IMG/VR virus record: IMGVR_UViG_3300009128_000003
Span: 32,001 to 96,000 of that record
Direction: 5' to 3' (one strand)
DNA from: a virus
Length of the DNA: 64,000 nucleotides
Below the pieces are notes generated by a model. It did not search any database and was not told the origin of the DNA. It saw nothing but the letters and a program-made list of their open reading frames with translations. Shown piece by piece: positions 19,489-29,237 of this stretch. Made by a program: the position numbers and the translations under genes. How positions within the stretch are numbered: the first letter of the stretch is position 1; every line of letters begins with the position of its first letter.

Positions 19489-21294
19489 TTAGCTAGTAGC
19501 GCCTGCCTCACCGAGGAGTCCGCGGACGATAACAAGACCGTACATATCAGGACGCACCATCTTCTTAGCGTAGCGCGTCATGACTCCCTTGCGGGGCACG
19601 AAGTCTTCGGGTCCGAAGATTGTGGGTGTAGTTTGCAGCGGCACGTACGGAGCGTACACATATCCACTTTCAAGGAAAGAGGATCCGCGACGTCCAACGA
19701 GGACCACGTTGCGAAGGAAGTACGGGTCAACAATGACATCGAACTTCTTGCTCAGTGAACCAACGTTTACAGCACCGACGCTACCCTTCTCATCATCATG
19801 AGTGACGTTAGCACGGAAGCCAGCGGTGAACTCAAGAATGTTGGCAACTTCAGGTCCGCAGACGAGGAAGTTAGCGCCACCACGCAGAGTCTTGCGATGG
19901 ATTTGTGCAGACACATCATTGATGGTCTCGATAAGGGTCTCATACCACTCGGAAACAGTACCGGTGAAGTCGGGAGCCGCAGAAGCAGCACCGATCTCAG
20001 TACCAGTTACCTTGTTGAGGAACAAGCCGGGGGAACGCGACCAGTAGTAGGTAGCACCCTTAGCACCGTTCACAAGGTCACCGAGGATCTCACGGTCGAT
20101 CTCAAGAGCAACTTGCTCAGAGAGAATCGAGGTAAGCTCGACCTCAGCATCAAGGTTGTGATAGGCGTTAAGGTCTTGACCTAACTCCGGAGTCCACTTA
20201 GCCTTGAGCTTCTTGGTTTGCGCTGTGACAGCCACAGAGTCGACCTTGATGTCGATTTCTGGGATGGCAGCGTTACCTTCGAGCCCCCATGCAGTAGCAC
20301 CCTCGATTGCACCGAGAGGACCAGCCGCTTGGAATCTATCAACGATAGGACCAGAAGCGGACATATACGGACCAGAAAGACTCGTTGCCTTCTGTGCGGC
20401 AGTCGTCAGGAAGATCTGGTTAACATAAGTTGCGCTATCTTCTGCAGACTTGCTCAAGGTTGTCAAACGACGAGCCTGTTGGCAATTATCTGCCGTGATG
20501 GTTGTGGATGTTGCAAAGACGTTATCCAACTGCTCGATGGAAGACGAGAGAGCCGCGAGGTTGTCAAAGTCAAATGTACCAACCGTCGGAGACGATGCAG
20601 TAAGATGATCCTTGTTAACCGTAACACGAACAACCCATGTTGCCGTAGCAGTACTTGAGGATAGAGTCAGAACATCCGGATCAAATCCGATCTTCTTCTT
20701 TTGAAGCTCGGAAGAGCCAGTGACACCCCAAACTTCGACCCACTGGGTCGCGAGACCAAAGGCTCCTGTCGGAGATGCATATGCATAACCGCGAGCACCA
20801 ACCGTCCGTGCACCACCGAGGTCACCCTCGATAGAGCCAAGCAGATCGATACCACCAGTCACTTGCATACCAACTTCGTCAGAACCGTAAATTGACTTGT
20901 TGCCAATATTACCCATTCTCTTCGCGTCCTCGTCTGAAGCACCGGCAATATCCGGTGAGAACACGAAGTCGAGGAAGAAGATGAGACCGCTTGGCAGACT
21001 CATCGGCTGAACACTAACGAGATCGTTTGCGATCAGCCCTGCGAAAACACGCCGAACGATGGGGAATGCGACGGCAGCAAAGCCCTCAACATCTCCAGCA
21101 CTCATGCTACTACTCTCGCGTAGAAGCTCTTTCGCTTGATTTTCAAGCAAACGAGCCATTGAATTTTTTTGTCGGTCATTTCCAAGTCCTTCGAGAAGAC
21201 CTGTGCGCTCCCACTTTGACATCAAAGCGTGACCTTCAGCGCGCATATCACGGTTAACAACTCCTTCGGTTAACCGTTCAACAATACCAGCCAT
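19489..21294 (-). CDS. Major capsid protein (T4 gp23-like)
   Basis: FPIVRRVF, VSVQPMSLPSGLIFFLD, KLKAKWTPELGQDLNAYH..DAEVEL, YAPYVPL, PRKGVMTRY. Confidence 0.97.
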   Translation of the reverse strand: MAGIVERLTEGVVNRDMRAEGHALMSKWERTGLLEGLGNDRQKNSMARLLENQAKELLRESSSMSAGDVEGFAAVAFPIVRRVFAGLIANDLVSVQPMSLPSGLIFFLDFVFSPDIAGASDEDAKRMGNIGNKSIYGSDEVGMQVTGGIDLLGSIEGDLGGARTVGARGYAYASPTGAFGLATQWVEVWGVTGSSELQKKKIGFDPDVLTLSSSTATATWVVRVTVNKDHLTASSPTVGTFDFDNLAALSSSIEQLDNVFATSTTITADNCQQARRLTTLSKSAEDSATYVNQIFLTTAAQKATSLSGPYMSASGPIVDRFQAAGPLGAIEGATAWGLEGNAAIPEIDIKVDSVAVTAQTKKLKAKWTPELGQDLNAYHNLDAEVELTSILSEQVALEIDREILGDLVNGAKGATYYWSRSPGLFLNKVTGTEIGAASAAPDFTGTVSEWYETLIETINDVSAQIHRKTLRGGANFLVCGPEVANILEFTAGFRANVTHDDEKGSVGAVNVGSLSKKFDVIVDPYFLRNVVLVGRRGSSFLESGYVYAPYVPLQTTPTIFGPEDFVPRKGVMTRYAKKMVRPDMYGLVIVRGLLGEAGATS

Positions 21295-21325
21295 TTTTAA
21301 TACCTCCTATTTATATGTATTTGCA

Positions 21326-22471
21326 TCATTTGATGCCAGCTAGCCTCTTCATCCTTTCATTGAAAGGATCCGAGGGCGTGCTCTCTTGACGAGTTGCACG
21401 CAAAACAGAAGTCCGACGACCGATTGCTTCGCTCAGTGATTGTGGGCTTCGCTTAGGCTTAGCCTCCACTGTGCTTTCAAGCGTGTGGTATATTGTCTTC
21501 GCTTCTGCTACTGAACCAGCGTTTGAAATCGCTTCGGCAATCTTAGTTTTCTGCCGCTCATTTAGGGAGGTATTTCTTAGCACACGGTTCGTATATAACA
21601 AGCGAGCGTTAGAAAGATTCACATCTTGTAAATTTTCCTTAAGCTCGTTAAATGCTTGCTTATATTGTGAGTTTTGCTCGTTGAGTTGGTTATTTTCGAA
21701 AACCAACTCTTCTTGAGCCTTCTTCAAATCTTTTAATTCTTCTTCCATATCAGTGGAACGTCGATGGGCTAATGCTTTTTCCATTTCCCACTTCACACTG
21801 TCAGAGGAGCGACCAGCCCAGCCGGCAAGTTCTGCTCCCATATCTACTGTAAGCTTTTCCACGATGGCATCGATGAGTTCGTCGTTTCCAACACCCTCTT
21901 CAAATGCGCCTTTCTGGGCAGCATCGGTGGCGTTGACGGCTGCGGCACTGCCTGCGAGGGCGGCGGCACTATCATCATCGTCATCTTCTTCTTCATCGGC
22001 TTCTTCGCCGGCGAAAGAACCAGAGTCTTCAACTTCTTGAAGCTCCTCTTCTTCCTCTTCAAACAAGGCAGCGAGTTCTTCTTCATTGATCTCCACCTCT
22101 TCTTGCTCTTCTAATTCGTTTTCTAATGCCTTGACAGCTTCTTGTAGTGCATCAAGATCGATGTTTACTGGAACTTCCTCTCCTTCTGTCGGAAGACCGG
22201 GAGGAATTTCCCCTTCCTCCTCATTAAGGTTGTCTGTTGCGGCAAGCGGGATGTTGGCGGCTACTTCTTCTGTGGAACCTGCTGGTTCTCCCCCAAGCGC
22301 TGGCTCTTCTGCTCCTAGATCGGCAGCCAGCTCATCTTGTTCTAAAAGTTGTTCGAGAGTTTCTCGGACTTCGCTCGAATACTTCTCAATGATAGCAGTC
22401 TCGGCGTTTTTCAAGGCGGAATCACGTAGCGCTTTGGCGTCGACGATAGCTTCCTTAAGTAAATTTGACAT
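21326..22471 (-). CDS. Prohead core/scaffold protein (T4 gp22-like)
   Basis: Very acidic coiled coil with many L/I-x-E sites, VNLSNARLLYTN, ends ERMKRLAGIK; directly upstream of MCP. Confidence 0.85.
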   Translation of the reverse strand: MSNLLKEAIVDAKALRDSALKNAETAIIEKYSSEVRETLEQLLEQDELAADLGAEEPALGGEPAGSTEEVAANIPLAATDNLNEEEGEIPPGLPTEGEEVPVNIDLDALQEAVKALENELEEQEEVEINEEELAALFEEEEEELQEVEDSGSFAGEEADEEEDDDDDSAAALAGSAAAVNATDAAQKGAFEEGVGNDELIDAIVEKLTVDMGAELAGWAGRSSDSVKWEMEKALAHRRSTDMEEELKDLKKAQEELVFENNQLNEQNSQYKQAFNELKENLQDVNLSNARLLYTNRVLRNTSLNERQKTKIAEAISNAGSVAEAKTIYHTLESTVEAKPKRSPQSLSEAIGRRTSVLRATRQESTPSDPFNERMKRLAGIK

Positions 22472-22503
22472 TCAGTATGCTCCTAAAAGGCAATTGTTCA
22501 AAA

Positions 22504-22511
22504 TAAATAGT
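22504..22511 (-). promoter_or_regulatory. Putative late promoter motif ACTATTTA for scaffold-MCP unit
   Basis: Intergenic, about 33 nt upstream of the scaffold start. Confidence 0.6.
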
Positions 22512-22587
22512 CAGTAGGGTACTAAAAACCCATTTTTAATGATATGCGCGCGGCGTACTAATTGCCACAGTAGTTTATTCGTCTATA

Positions 22588-23595
22588 TTAAAAAGGCTTC
22601 ACCTTATTGTAGTCTATCACAAGAACTTCTTCCGCGGAGGTGTGTCGCAGTGTCCACGACTCGCCGTTGTCGGTTGATGTGTGGACTTTGTTGTCTTTAC
22701 CTCCGCATACAATTGTTGTTCCATCTGACGCTAATGCCATAATTTGACCAGCGCTCGGGGTGGCCACATCGGTGGTGGTCCACGATGCGCAGTTGTCTGT
22801 TGACAGGTATGGCTGATTGCCGAAGTTGGCAGTCATCCACGTATCTCCGGAGATATGGCAGATTGCCCACATTTGTTCAGAGATGCCCGTTACGGCGCTC
22901 CAAGTATCTGTTGTATCGCTATTCGCAATCGAAGTTATACGGTAGGAGGTGGTACCATGACCGGTCATAAACCATACTCCGTTGTTATACTCGATGCCGT
23001 TCGCTCGCGTGGCGGTAGATTCGTACCAATTTAAGCCGTCATCCCATGATTTAAGAACCTTTACTGTGCCCCCAAGCAGCCAAGTTCCTGCACCGTCAGT
23101 TGCCAAGCAGAGCATCAGACCGGCGCCAGAAGCCACTGCGGTAATCTTGGTCCAGCTGTCGCCGCCATCAGTTGATCTAAACACATCATTACCTGTTCCG
23201 GCAATCCAAGTCCCGGTGGCGCCATATTCGACTGTTCGAGCCAAATCGCTGGTGCCGGAGAAATCGATTGATGACCAAGAACCGGAGTTTGTAGGGTCTG
23301 CTGAGTACCTGAGTTCCGGGTTTGTATTGGTAGCAATAATCCAACGCGGACCATCGGAGTCGTCCTTTCCAAAAGATATGTCCCAGTAATCCGACGTTTC
23401 TCCGGCTGGGCTTTCATACTCAGTCCAACTTTCAGCATCTGATGAATACATTACACGACCGTCTCTTCCAACTCCGGTCCACAATGGGACGTGGGCGCTG
23501 GCGCCATTGATACTTTGAATGGAATTCGCGGCAACATCGTTCACCGATGCAATATTGTCATCATCAGTCCCGTTTACTGATGTGTAATTAGCCAT
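22588..23595 (-). CDS. BNR/Asp-box beta-propeller virion protein
   Basis: Repeated S-x-D-x-G-x-x-W boxes: RSTDGGDSW, KSWDDGLNW, LSTDNCASW, TSTDNGESW. Confidence 0.8.
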   Translation of the reverse strand: MANYTSVNGTDDDNIASVNDVAANSIQSINGASAHVPLWTGVGRDGRVMYSSDAESWTEYESPAGETSDYWDISFGKDDSDGPRWIIATNTNPELRYSADPTNSGSWSSIDFSGTSDLARTVEYGATGTWIAGTGNDVFRSTDGGDSWTKITAVASGAGLMLCLATDGAGTWLLGGTVKVLKSWDDGLNWYESTATRANGIEYNNGVWFMTGHGTTSYRITSIANSDTTDTWSAVTGISEQMWAICHISGDTWMTANFGNQPYLSTDNCASWTTTDVATPSAGQIMALASDGTTIVCGGKDNKVHTSTDNGESWTLRHTSAEEVLVIDYNKVKPF

Positions 23596-25346
23596 TAAAC
23601 AATTACCAGATAATCCGGGCTCGGATTAAAATATATCACATTTGCTGTGGTTGTGCAGGTGCCAATGACCCTTAGCGATTCTCCCGACCCTGACGGGCGG
23701 TCGGTGGTAATCCCTCCGCTAGCAGTCAAGTATAACGTTGTTCCAATTGCAAACCCTCCCGATAAATATGTGTGGGCATCAAAAAATCCACGAATTAACA
23801 TTCCATCGGATGCGGGAGATGTTCCCAGAGCCACTCCTATCATTCCAAGACCGCCAGATGCGGCGATCATAATGCTTGTTTCTTCCCAGTCGCCACTAGA
23901 GTGGAGATAATAGGTCTTACCTTTAACTGTCGTTCCTCCACCAAAGAGGACTATTTCGCCGGTGCCCGCATCGTTAGCCAAAGAAGTTGGATTGTGTCGG
24001 ATGGTTAACCCAGCCCCATCGAACGTCAAACCCGACTCACCATTAATGGATCCGGAACCGGCAGATGTTAACACATAGTTATCGGTGGCGTTCGTATAAG
24101 TTGATATGAGTCCACCGCCGCCGGCTACATTAGTAAGGTGTCTCCCGTCGCCATAGAAATATGACGCGCTGACTGAAAGTGAGCAACTGAGGGGGACTGA
24201 TGCCGTGAGCGCAGTTCTACCCCCATCTAAAGCGAAGTAGGTGGTTGAAACTCCGCCGGGCTTTGCTTTAAGTTCAAGGTCTCCACCGGTGGCGTCTTGT
24301 GCCATAATAAAATTTCCACCGGAGCCGAGCTTAACATATGATTTGGCGACGCCGGCGGTTCCAAATCTCACAAACGCGTCCGAACTACCGCCGCCATCCA
24401 CAAACACCGTGGTGCCTCCGGCGCCGTTAACGTGTAAATCATAACTTGGGTCGTTGGTGTTGATGCCTACGTTGCCTGTGATATATGCGCCGGCGCTGGC
24501 GGTTAGTTTATTCGTTTTAATCTCGCCAGAGCCCGTATAGTCCATTGCTATAATGCGATAACCAGAACCACTGAGGTCTGAGCCATCGAAGGTGAGTGCA
24601 GAACCATTCACTGTATTGGATGTGGCGGCGCCCACTACTATTTTGTATTGTCCAGCGCTACTGTATGTTGTAATGGGACTAAATGTAAGGTTGCTTTGTA
24701 GGTACGTCGCCAACGTTCCCACGGTCATGCTTCGGAGTGCGGGCGCTGATGGGTTTGCGCCGGCGACGTCTTGTACAAAGAGCTTATCGCCAGTTGCCAA
24801 TGATTGACCGTTATTAGAGATATCATATGTAGTCGTGGCATCAAGCATCAATGTGGTGGCGTTAAAGTTTAAACCACCGTATGTGTCTAGACTTGGTTTA
24901 ATTCCTCCGGCATTTACCACAATGCCGGCGCCGCCTGATACAGCGAGGACGCCACTATCAGACCGCAGCCCATCTCCAAACTTAATGCTCGATGCGCTGA
25001 TGGTTGTCGTAAAGCGATCTCCGCGCAGGGCGGTTAGCCCGGCGCCTGAGCCTGTGAATGCGCCCGTGAGGGTTGTGCCGTTAAAGGTAAGGTTGGCGCT
25101 ACCCTCTAACCCCGAAGCTCCATTAAAAAACGAAACACGAGTGGCTGATGCGTTCGTAACACTATTGACCACGGGCGCTGTTATTTGGTTGCCCGCCCCG
25201 TCATATAAAGCCACACTCGATGTAATTGCACTAGTAAAAGTTTTAACTCCGCCTATGCTTTGTGCTGTGGTTTGATCCACTGTGTTTTCTAGGGAGCCGT
25301 TGTCTCCCGTAAATTCAACGTTGCCTTTTAAAATATTGTAAGCCAT
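23595..25346 (-). CDS. Fibre-like virion protein (583 aa)
   Basis: G/S/T-rich; QSIGGVKTF, NLTFNG, GNVGINT..P..LHV, SASYFYGDG fibre motifs. Confidence 0.7.
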   Translation of the reverse strand: MAYNILKGNVEFTGDNGSLENTVDQTTAQSIGGVKTFTSAITSSVALYDGAGNQITAPVVNSVTNASATRVSFFNGASGLEGSANLTFNGTTLTGAFTGSGAGLTALRGDRFTTTISASSIKFGDGLRSDSGVLAVSGGAGIVVNAGGIKPSLDTYGGLNFNATTLMLDATTTYDISNNGQSLATGDKLFVQDVAGANPSAPALRSMTVGTLATYLQSNLTFSPITTYSSAGQYKIVVGAATSNTVNGSALTFDGSDLSGSGYRIIAMDYTGSGEIKTNKLTASAGAYITGNVGINTNDPSYDLHVNGAGGTTVFVDGGGSSDAFVRFGTAGVAKSYVKLGSGGNFIMAQDATGGDLELKAKPGGVSTTYFALDGGRTALTASVPLSCSLSVSASYFYGDGRHLTNVAGGGGLISTYTNATDNYVLTSAGSGSINGESGLTFDGAGLTIRHNPTSLANDAGTGEIVLFGGGTTVKGKTYYLHSSGDWEETSIMIAASGGLGMIGVALGTSPASDGMLIRGFFDAHTYLSGGFAIGTTLYLTASGGITTDRPSGSGESLRVIGTCTTTANVIYFNPSPDYLVIV

Positions 25347-25419
25347 TCAGATATTGTTCCTTGGTGTCTATAAATAGATAGTCCGTTTCTTTGCGAGACC
25401 TCCATTTAAAACTCATCTA

Positions 25420-25427
25420 TAAGTAGT
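25420..25427 (-). promoter_or_regulatory. Putative late promoter motif ACTACTTA
   Basis: Immediately downstream of a terminator; a variant TCTATTTA lies at 25371-25378. Confidence 0.5.
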
Positions 25428-25431
25428 CTCC

Positions 25432-25464
25432 AAAAAAGAGGACGCCCCCACAAGGAGGGCGCCC
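25432..25464 (-). terminator. Rho-independent terminator
   Basis: GGGCGCCCTC-CTTGT-GGGGGCGTCC followed by TCTTTTTT. Confidence 0.7.
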
Positions 25465-25503
25465 AATATAGAAGATAAATCTTCCGGATTGCAAAAGCAA
25501 ATC

Positions 25504-26913
25504 CTAGTAGACTGACCAGCGGTTAGTAGCAACGTACACAAGCGAAACAGAACCACTAGGTGATTCAAGAAGAAGCGATGCTTGTCCATCAATCATCTGG
25601 CTACCTGCGCCAGCAATAGTGAGAGCATACGCGCTATCATCTTTCTTGACACGAACAACATCCGAGATGTCCGGAGAAGCTGGAAGCGTCCAAGTGCGAG
25701 CTTGGCTAAGAGAAGCAGTAGCAACATTGAAACCTTCTTGCAAAGTAACAGCAGCATTACCCCATCGGATAACCCCGGTAGCAGCGTCAGTTGTTAACTT
25801 ACCGGAATCGACCTTCAGACCAGCGCCGGCGATATCGCCAAGATATACACTGTTGAGCATGCGCTTCATCGACTTCGAGCCAGCGTCATAATAGAAAAGA
25901 CTATCAGAAGCTTCCGCGAAATCAGCGTCATCAGCCAAACCGTAGAATCTAACTGTAGATCCACTGAATGTGGTGGCACCATTGTTACGCCCGAGAGTCG
26001 TAGCTCCGACGACAGTCAAGGTGCTAGAAGCAGACAAGCTTGTAGCCTTGACACCAGCGTTAGCAGTCAGAATACCGTGAGCGATAACAGTACCATTGAC
26101 TGTAGCGTTATCAGCGATATTCAAATCGCCAGAAGCCGAAAGTGAGGTGAACTGACCAGAAGACTGCGAAGCAACACCGATAGTCATCCCATCGATAGAG
26201 CCGCCGTTAAGATCGGCAGTCGTGACCGAACCGAGGTCCGCACAAGTGCGAGTAGTAGCCGTCCAGTTAGAACCGAACGAGAAGCTAGCACCATCAGCAG
26301 AAATGCTATCGAGAGCAATGTCACCAACGTTTGTGATGTTTGCATCACCCATTGAGGCACCACCGTGAGCAGTGAGCAACCCATACACACCAGCAGTACC
26401 ATTCACAGTTGCGTTATCCGCAATGTTCAAGTCGCCAGAAGCCGAAAGTGAGGTGAACTGACCAGAAGACTGCACAGCAGCACCAATGGTTGCGGCATCG
26501 ACAGAACCGCCATTGATGTCGACAGTCGTGACCTCACCAAGGTTCGCACAAACGCGACCAGCAGCCGTCCAGTTAGAACCGAACGAGAAGCTAGCACCGT
26601 CGGCGGAGATAGTATCAAGTGCGATATCGCCAACGTTTGTGATGTTTTTGTCGTTGAACGACGTAGCACCGAGGCTGGAACCATCAGTAGTAGCTGCGAT
26701 AGTGCTGCCGAAAACTGCGGCGCCGCTTACGTTAAGCGTGCTCTTGAGGTGGGCTGAACCCACAAGGCGCAAGTTACCAGAACCAGAGACGAGACCGTTG
26801 TCGCGGTTAACGCTAAAGCGTAAAGAACCTTCGTCGTCAGAAACCTCCAGTGTGCCTTCTTGCACAAGGGCGCCGCTCATAATTGCGTCGCCTAATTGAA
26901 ATTTATAAGCCAT
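25504..26913 (-). CDS. Fibre-like virion protein with internal duplication (469 aa)
   Basis: GGAGG RBS; beta-repeat shaft; C-term WTLPASP..VRVKK..IDG domain. Confidence 0.7.
   Translation of the reverse strand: MAYKFQLGDAIMSGALVQEGTLEVSDDEGSLRFSVNRDNGLVSGSGNLRLVGSAHLKSTLNVSGAAVFGSTIAATTDGSSLGATSFNDKNITNVGDIALDTISADGASFSFGSNWTAAGRVCANLGEVTTVDINGGSVDAATIGAAVQSSGQFTSLSASGDLNIADNATVNGTAGVYGLLTAHGGASMGDANITNVGDIALDSISADGASFSFGSNWTATTRTCADLGSVTTADLNGGSIDGMTIGVASQSSGQFTSLSASGDLNIADNATVNGTVIAHGILTANAGVKATSLSASSTLTVVGATTLGRNNGATTFSGSTVRFYGLADDADFAEASDSLFYYDAGSKSMKRMLNSVYLGDIAGAGLKVDSGKLTTDAATGVIRWGNAAVTLQEGFNVATASLSQARTWTLPASPDISDVVRVKKDDSAYALTIAGAGSQMIDGQASLLLESPSGSVSLVYVATNRWSVY
26091..26650. repeat. 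Tandem in-frame duplication, 306-nt period
   Basis: gtccagttagaaccgaacgagaagctagcacc occurs at 26261 and 26567; peptide NITNVGDIALD..GASFSFGSNWT..QSSGQFTSLSASGDLNIADNATVNGT appears twice. Confidence 0.9.
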
Positions 26914-27034
26914 GTTTAAAAACCCTCCAAATTATAGTTTTATAATAGCATTGAATAAGATACACTTATCCAATTTTGATCGCCGGATTCCTCCGACGGT
27001 CGCTTATAATTAGAGTGACGGGCACGATAAATTC

Positions 27035-27760
27035 TCAGCAAATAAAGTATTTGTTCGAGCCGTTACAATAAAGCTGAACAGATGCATAGGGTGACTCCAA
27101 AACTATCGAATTTTTACCATCGATTGTTTCGGCGCCAGACGCTAAAATGGTGATGTTGTTGCTATTGGCAGCACCGCCTTCATCTTTTACAACGTACGTT
27201 TGACCATCCAACAGGAGCGATGCGCTTGGTAGTCTAATATCGACGACATTGTTTGTTGTGTCTACGCCGATATAATAAGTCTTAGTGGAAGCAGTAAGGG
27301 TGGCAGCTGTGGATACGCGGGCGAATTGAAGTCCTCCTGCTACTGCCAGCCTGTCGCTCTCAAACCGCAATCCGAAAGAGCCTGTTAAATTTCCGCTAGC
27401 ATTTTTAAACTGAACCGAATAATTGGGACCAACAGGGTTAGCATTGCTGATTCCGGTTAGCTGGCTTCCATCTCCGTAAAAGTACGAACCGGAGACTGGT
27501 GCACTAGCGCTCAACCCTCCAACGATCCCCATGAGTGAGCCGTTAAATGTGAGATTCGTCTCACAATTTAAAGCATTGGCGTCTCCACCTACATTTGTAA
27601 TGATGCCATTGTCAGTGGCGTTCTGCACGCGGGGGACATTAATGATCGATTGACCATCAGAGGTACTAAGGTTACCCGATAGAATATTCGTGCCGGCATT
27701 GAGACCCGGACCAAAATAGCTTGGGGCGATTACGGTGCCCGTCAGTGAATTATGAGCCAT
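27035..27760 (-). CDS. Short fibre-like virion protein (241 aa)
   Basis: NLTFNG, SGSYFYGDG, SVQF; C-term IRLP..YVVKDEGG..TIDG domain. Confidence 0.65.
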   Translation of the reverse strand: MAHNSLTGTVIAPSYFGPGLNAGTNILSGNLSTSDGQSIINVPRVQNATDNGIITNVGGDANALNCETNLTFNGSLMGIVGGLSASAPVSGSYFYGDGSQLTGISNANPVGPNYSVQFKNASGNLTGSFGLRFESDRLAVAGGLQFARVSTAATLTASTKTYYIGVDTTNNVVDIRLPSASLLLDGQTYVVKDEGGAANSNNITILASGAETIDGKNSIVLESPYASVQLYCNGSNKYFIC

Positions 27761-27783
27761 TTACAGGTGCCTCCTAAAACTAA

Positions 27784-28500
27784 TTAGAAGACAAACCAGT
27801 TGGTACCATCTGAATACAAGTTAATTGCTGGCATTGTGCCGGTTAATTGATAGTAAGAACCGCCCTCAACAAGATCGCCGTAGCCGCTCTTAGAGAGGAT
27901 CAGCGAACTTGTTCGTGCTGTGACTTGATCTTTTACTACCATAACATGACCTTGTTTTGCTCCTTGGGCGCGCGCATCATCTAAAGTAATTGTTGTGTTA
28001 GCAGTGGCTGTGACGCCGTATAGATAAGCTCTTTTGGTTAGGTTGGCGCCACCATTTAACGTAACGGTGCCGGTTACTTCAAAATAGTTACCCCGAATCG
28101 ACTTCAAGTAAGTCATGTGATTGGTAGCAGATGAACTTAGAACAGGAGTAACCGAACTCCAAACTGCCCCAACGGCGCCCGACACAACATTCAAACTACC
28201 GGTTCGAAGATGGATATCGTCGGCACTATTACCAAAGATAGTAGAACCAGAGATGACCTCTGTGTCGATGATCTTATAGGCGCTGGCGGTGATAGCGCCG
28301 CTAACAATAAGGGCGCCGGTCAATACCAGTGTACTTGTAGTGCCGCCCGGTGTGCCACCGCGAGACGCAGTGAAATACATAAGATTACGCGAACCTGTCA
28401 TATTCGATCCGCTTGTATGAAACTGAATCGACCCTGTGGGTCCGGTAGCTGTTCCACCGGCGCTAGCTGTACAGCTTATATATGCCCATCCGGTAGCCAT
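27784..28500 (-). CDS. Short fibre-like virion protein (238 aa)
   Basis: GSIQF, SGSTIFGNSADDIH.RTGS, VVKDQ..LYSDGTNWF. Confidence 0.65.
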   Translation of the reverse strand: MATGWAYISCTASAGGTATGPTGSIQFHTSGSNMTGSRNLMYFTASRGGTPGGTTSTLVLTGALIVSGAITASAYKIIDTEVISGSTIFGNSADDIHLRTGSLNVVSGAVGAVWSSVTPVLSSSATNHMTYLKSIRGNYFEVTGTVTLNGGANLTKRAYLYGVTATANTTITLDDARAQGAKQGHVMVVKDQVTARTSSLILSKSGYGDLVEGGSYYQLTGTMPAINLYSDGTNWFVF

Positions 28501-28946
28501 TATCCGACTCCGGCAGAACCTGACCAGTTCGGACCAAGGCGCCCTGCTGTCTTCTTGCGATCAATACATGTGAGACCGGCTACGACGTCGACTCGTGAAG
28601 AGCCCGAGGGACTGGAAATCCAAATGCCCGACACCTTTACGCGAAGCTCGCCAGTAGTGGCAGCGTTACCCCCGAACGTCTCACTGGCGCCTGAAAGCTC
28701 TATAAAGTTAGTGCCGCCAACACCGACCGATGAAAAGCCAACCCTAACAGTGTGAGCACCATGGTTGGTCACTTTGATCCACGACGAGACCATGGGAAGC
28801 GCTACCTCGGCTGCGCTGCCGGCTATCTGTGTGCTGACGAATGGTCGACCGCTTACTTGATATGAGCCGACATTGTTGAGTCCTACTTCGGGTACCCTGA
28901 TTGAACCCGATGGATAATATGCTGATCCTCCGTAACCACGTGCCAT
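28500..28946 (-). CDS. Putative virion structural protein (148 aa)
   Basis: GLNNVGSYQVSGRPF; beta-rich; preceded by the late motif at 28978-28985. Confidence 0.5.
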   Translation of the reverse strand: MARGYGGSAYYPSGSIRVPEVGLNNVGSYQVSGRPFVSTQIAGSAAEVALPMVSSWIKVTNHGAHTVRVGFSSVGVGGTNFIELSGASETFGGNAATTGELRVKVSGIWISSPSGSSRVDVVAGLTCIDRKKTAGRLGPNWSGSAGVG

Positions 28947-28984
28947 TAAAATTCTCCTAATTTAAACATGTTCATTATAAATAG

Positions 28985-29230
28985 TCACTTATTTCTTCTA
29001 TTACGCCTTTCTTTTGCTCGCTGGCGTTTTTGTTCATCGCGAGCTTTCTGCCTTCGGGCTCTCTCACTCTTCTCTCGCTTCGCTACCGAAGGCTTTGTAT
29101 ATTCTTTGCGATTGCGAATCTCTTCGATAATTCGTGACCGCTTTGTTTTCTTGATAAACTTTCTTATCATTTTCTCATGGTTGCCGCGGCACTCTTTTGA
29201 TGTTACTTTAAAGTTAGATTTTTTGCGCAT
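28985..29230 (-). CDS. rpsU: Phage-encoded 30S ribosomal protein bS21 homolog
   Basis: EKMIRKFIKK..RIIEEIRNRKEYTKPSVAKR matches the bS21 pattern (ALRRFK..EVR.RE.YEKP); extremely basic, 81 aa. Confidence 0.8.
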   Translation of the reverse strand: MRKKSNFKVTSKECRGNHEKMIRKFIKKTKRSRIIEEIRNRKEYTKPSVAKREKSERARRQKARDEQKRQRAKERRNRRNK

Positions 29231-29237
29231 GATGCTC

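Noticed and set aside
21308-21315. T4 consensus TATAAATA upstream of MCP
   Set aside because: Only one such upstream copy noticed and it abuts the RBS; the ACTAHTTA motif explains the region better.
26091-26650. Repeat pair as DGR template/variable repeats
   Set aside because: Both copies lie within one CDS, differences do not look adenine-specific, and no reverse transcriptase is in the window.
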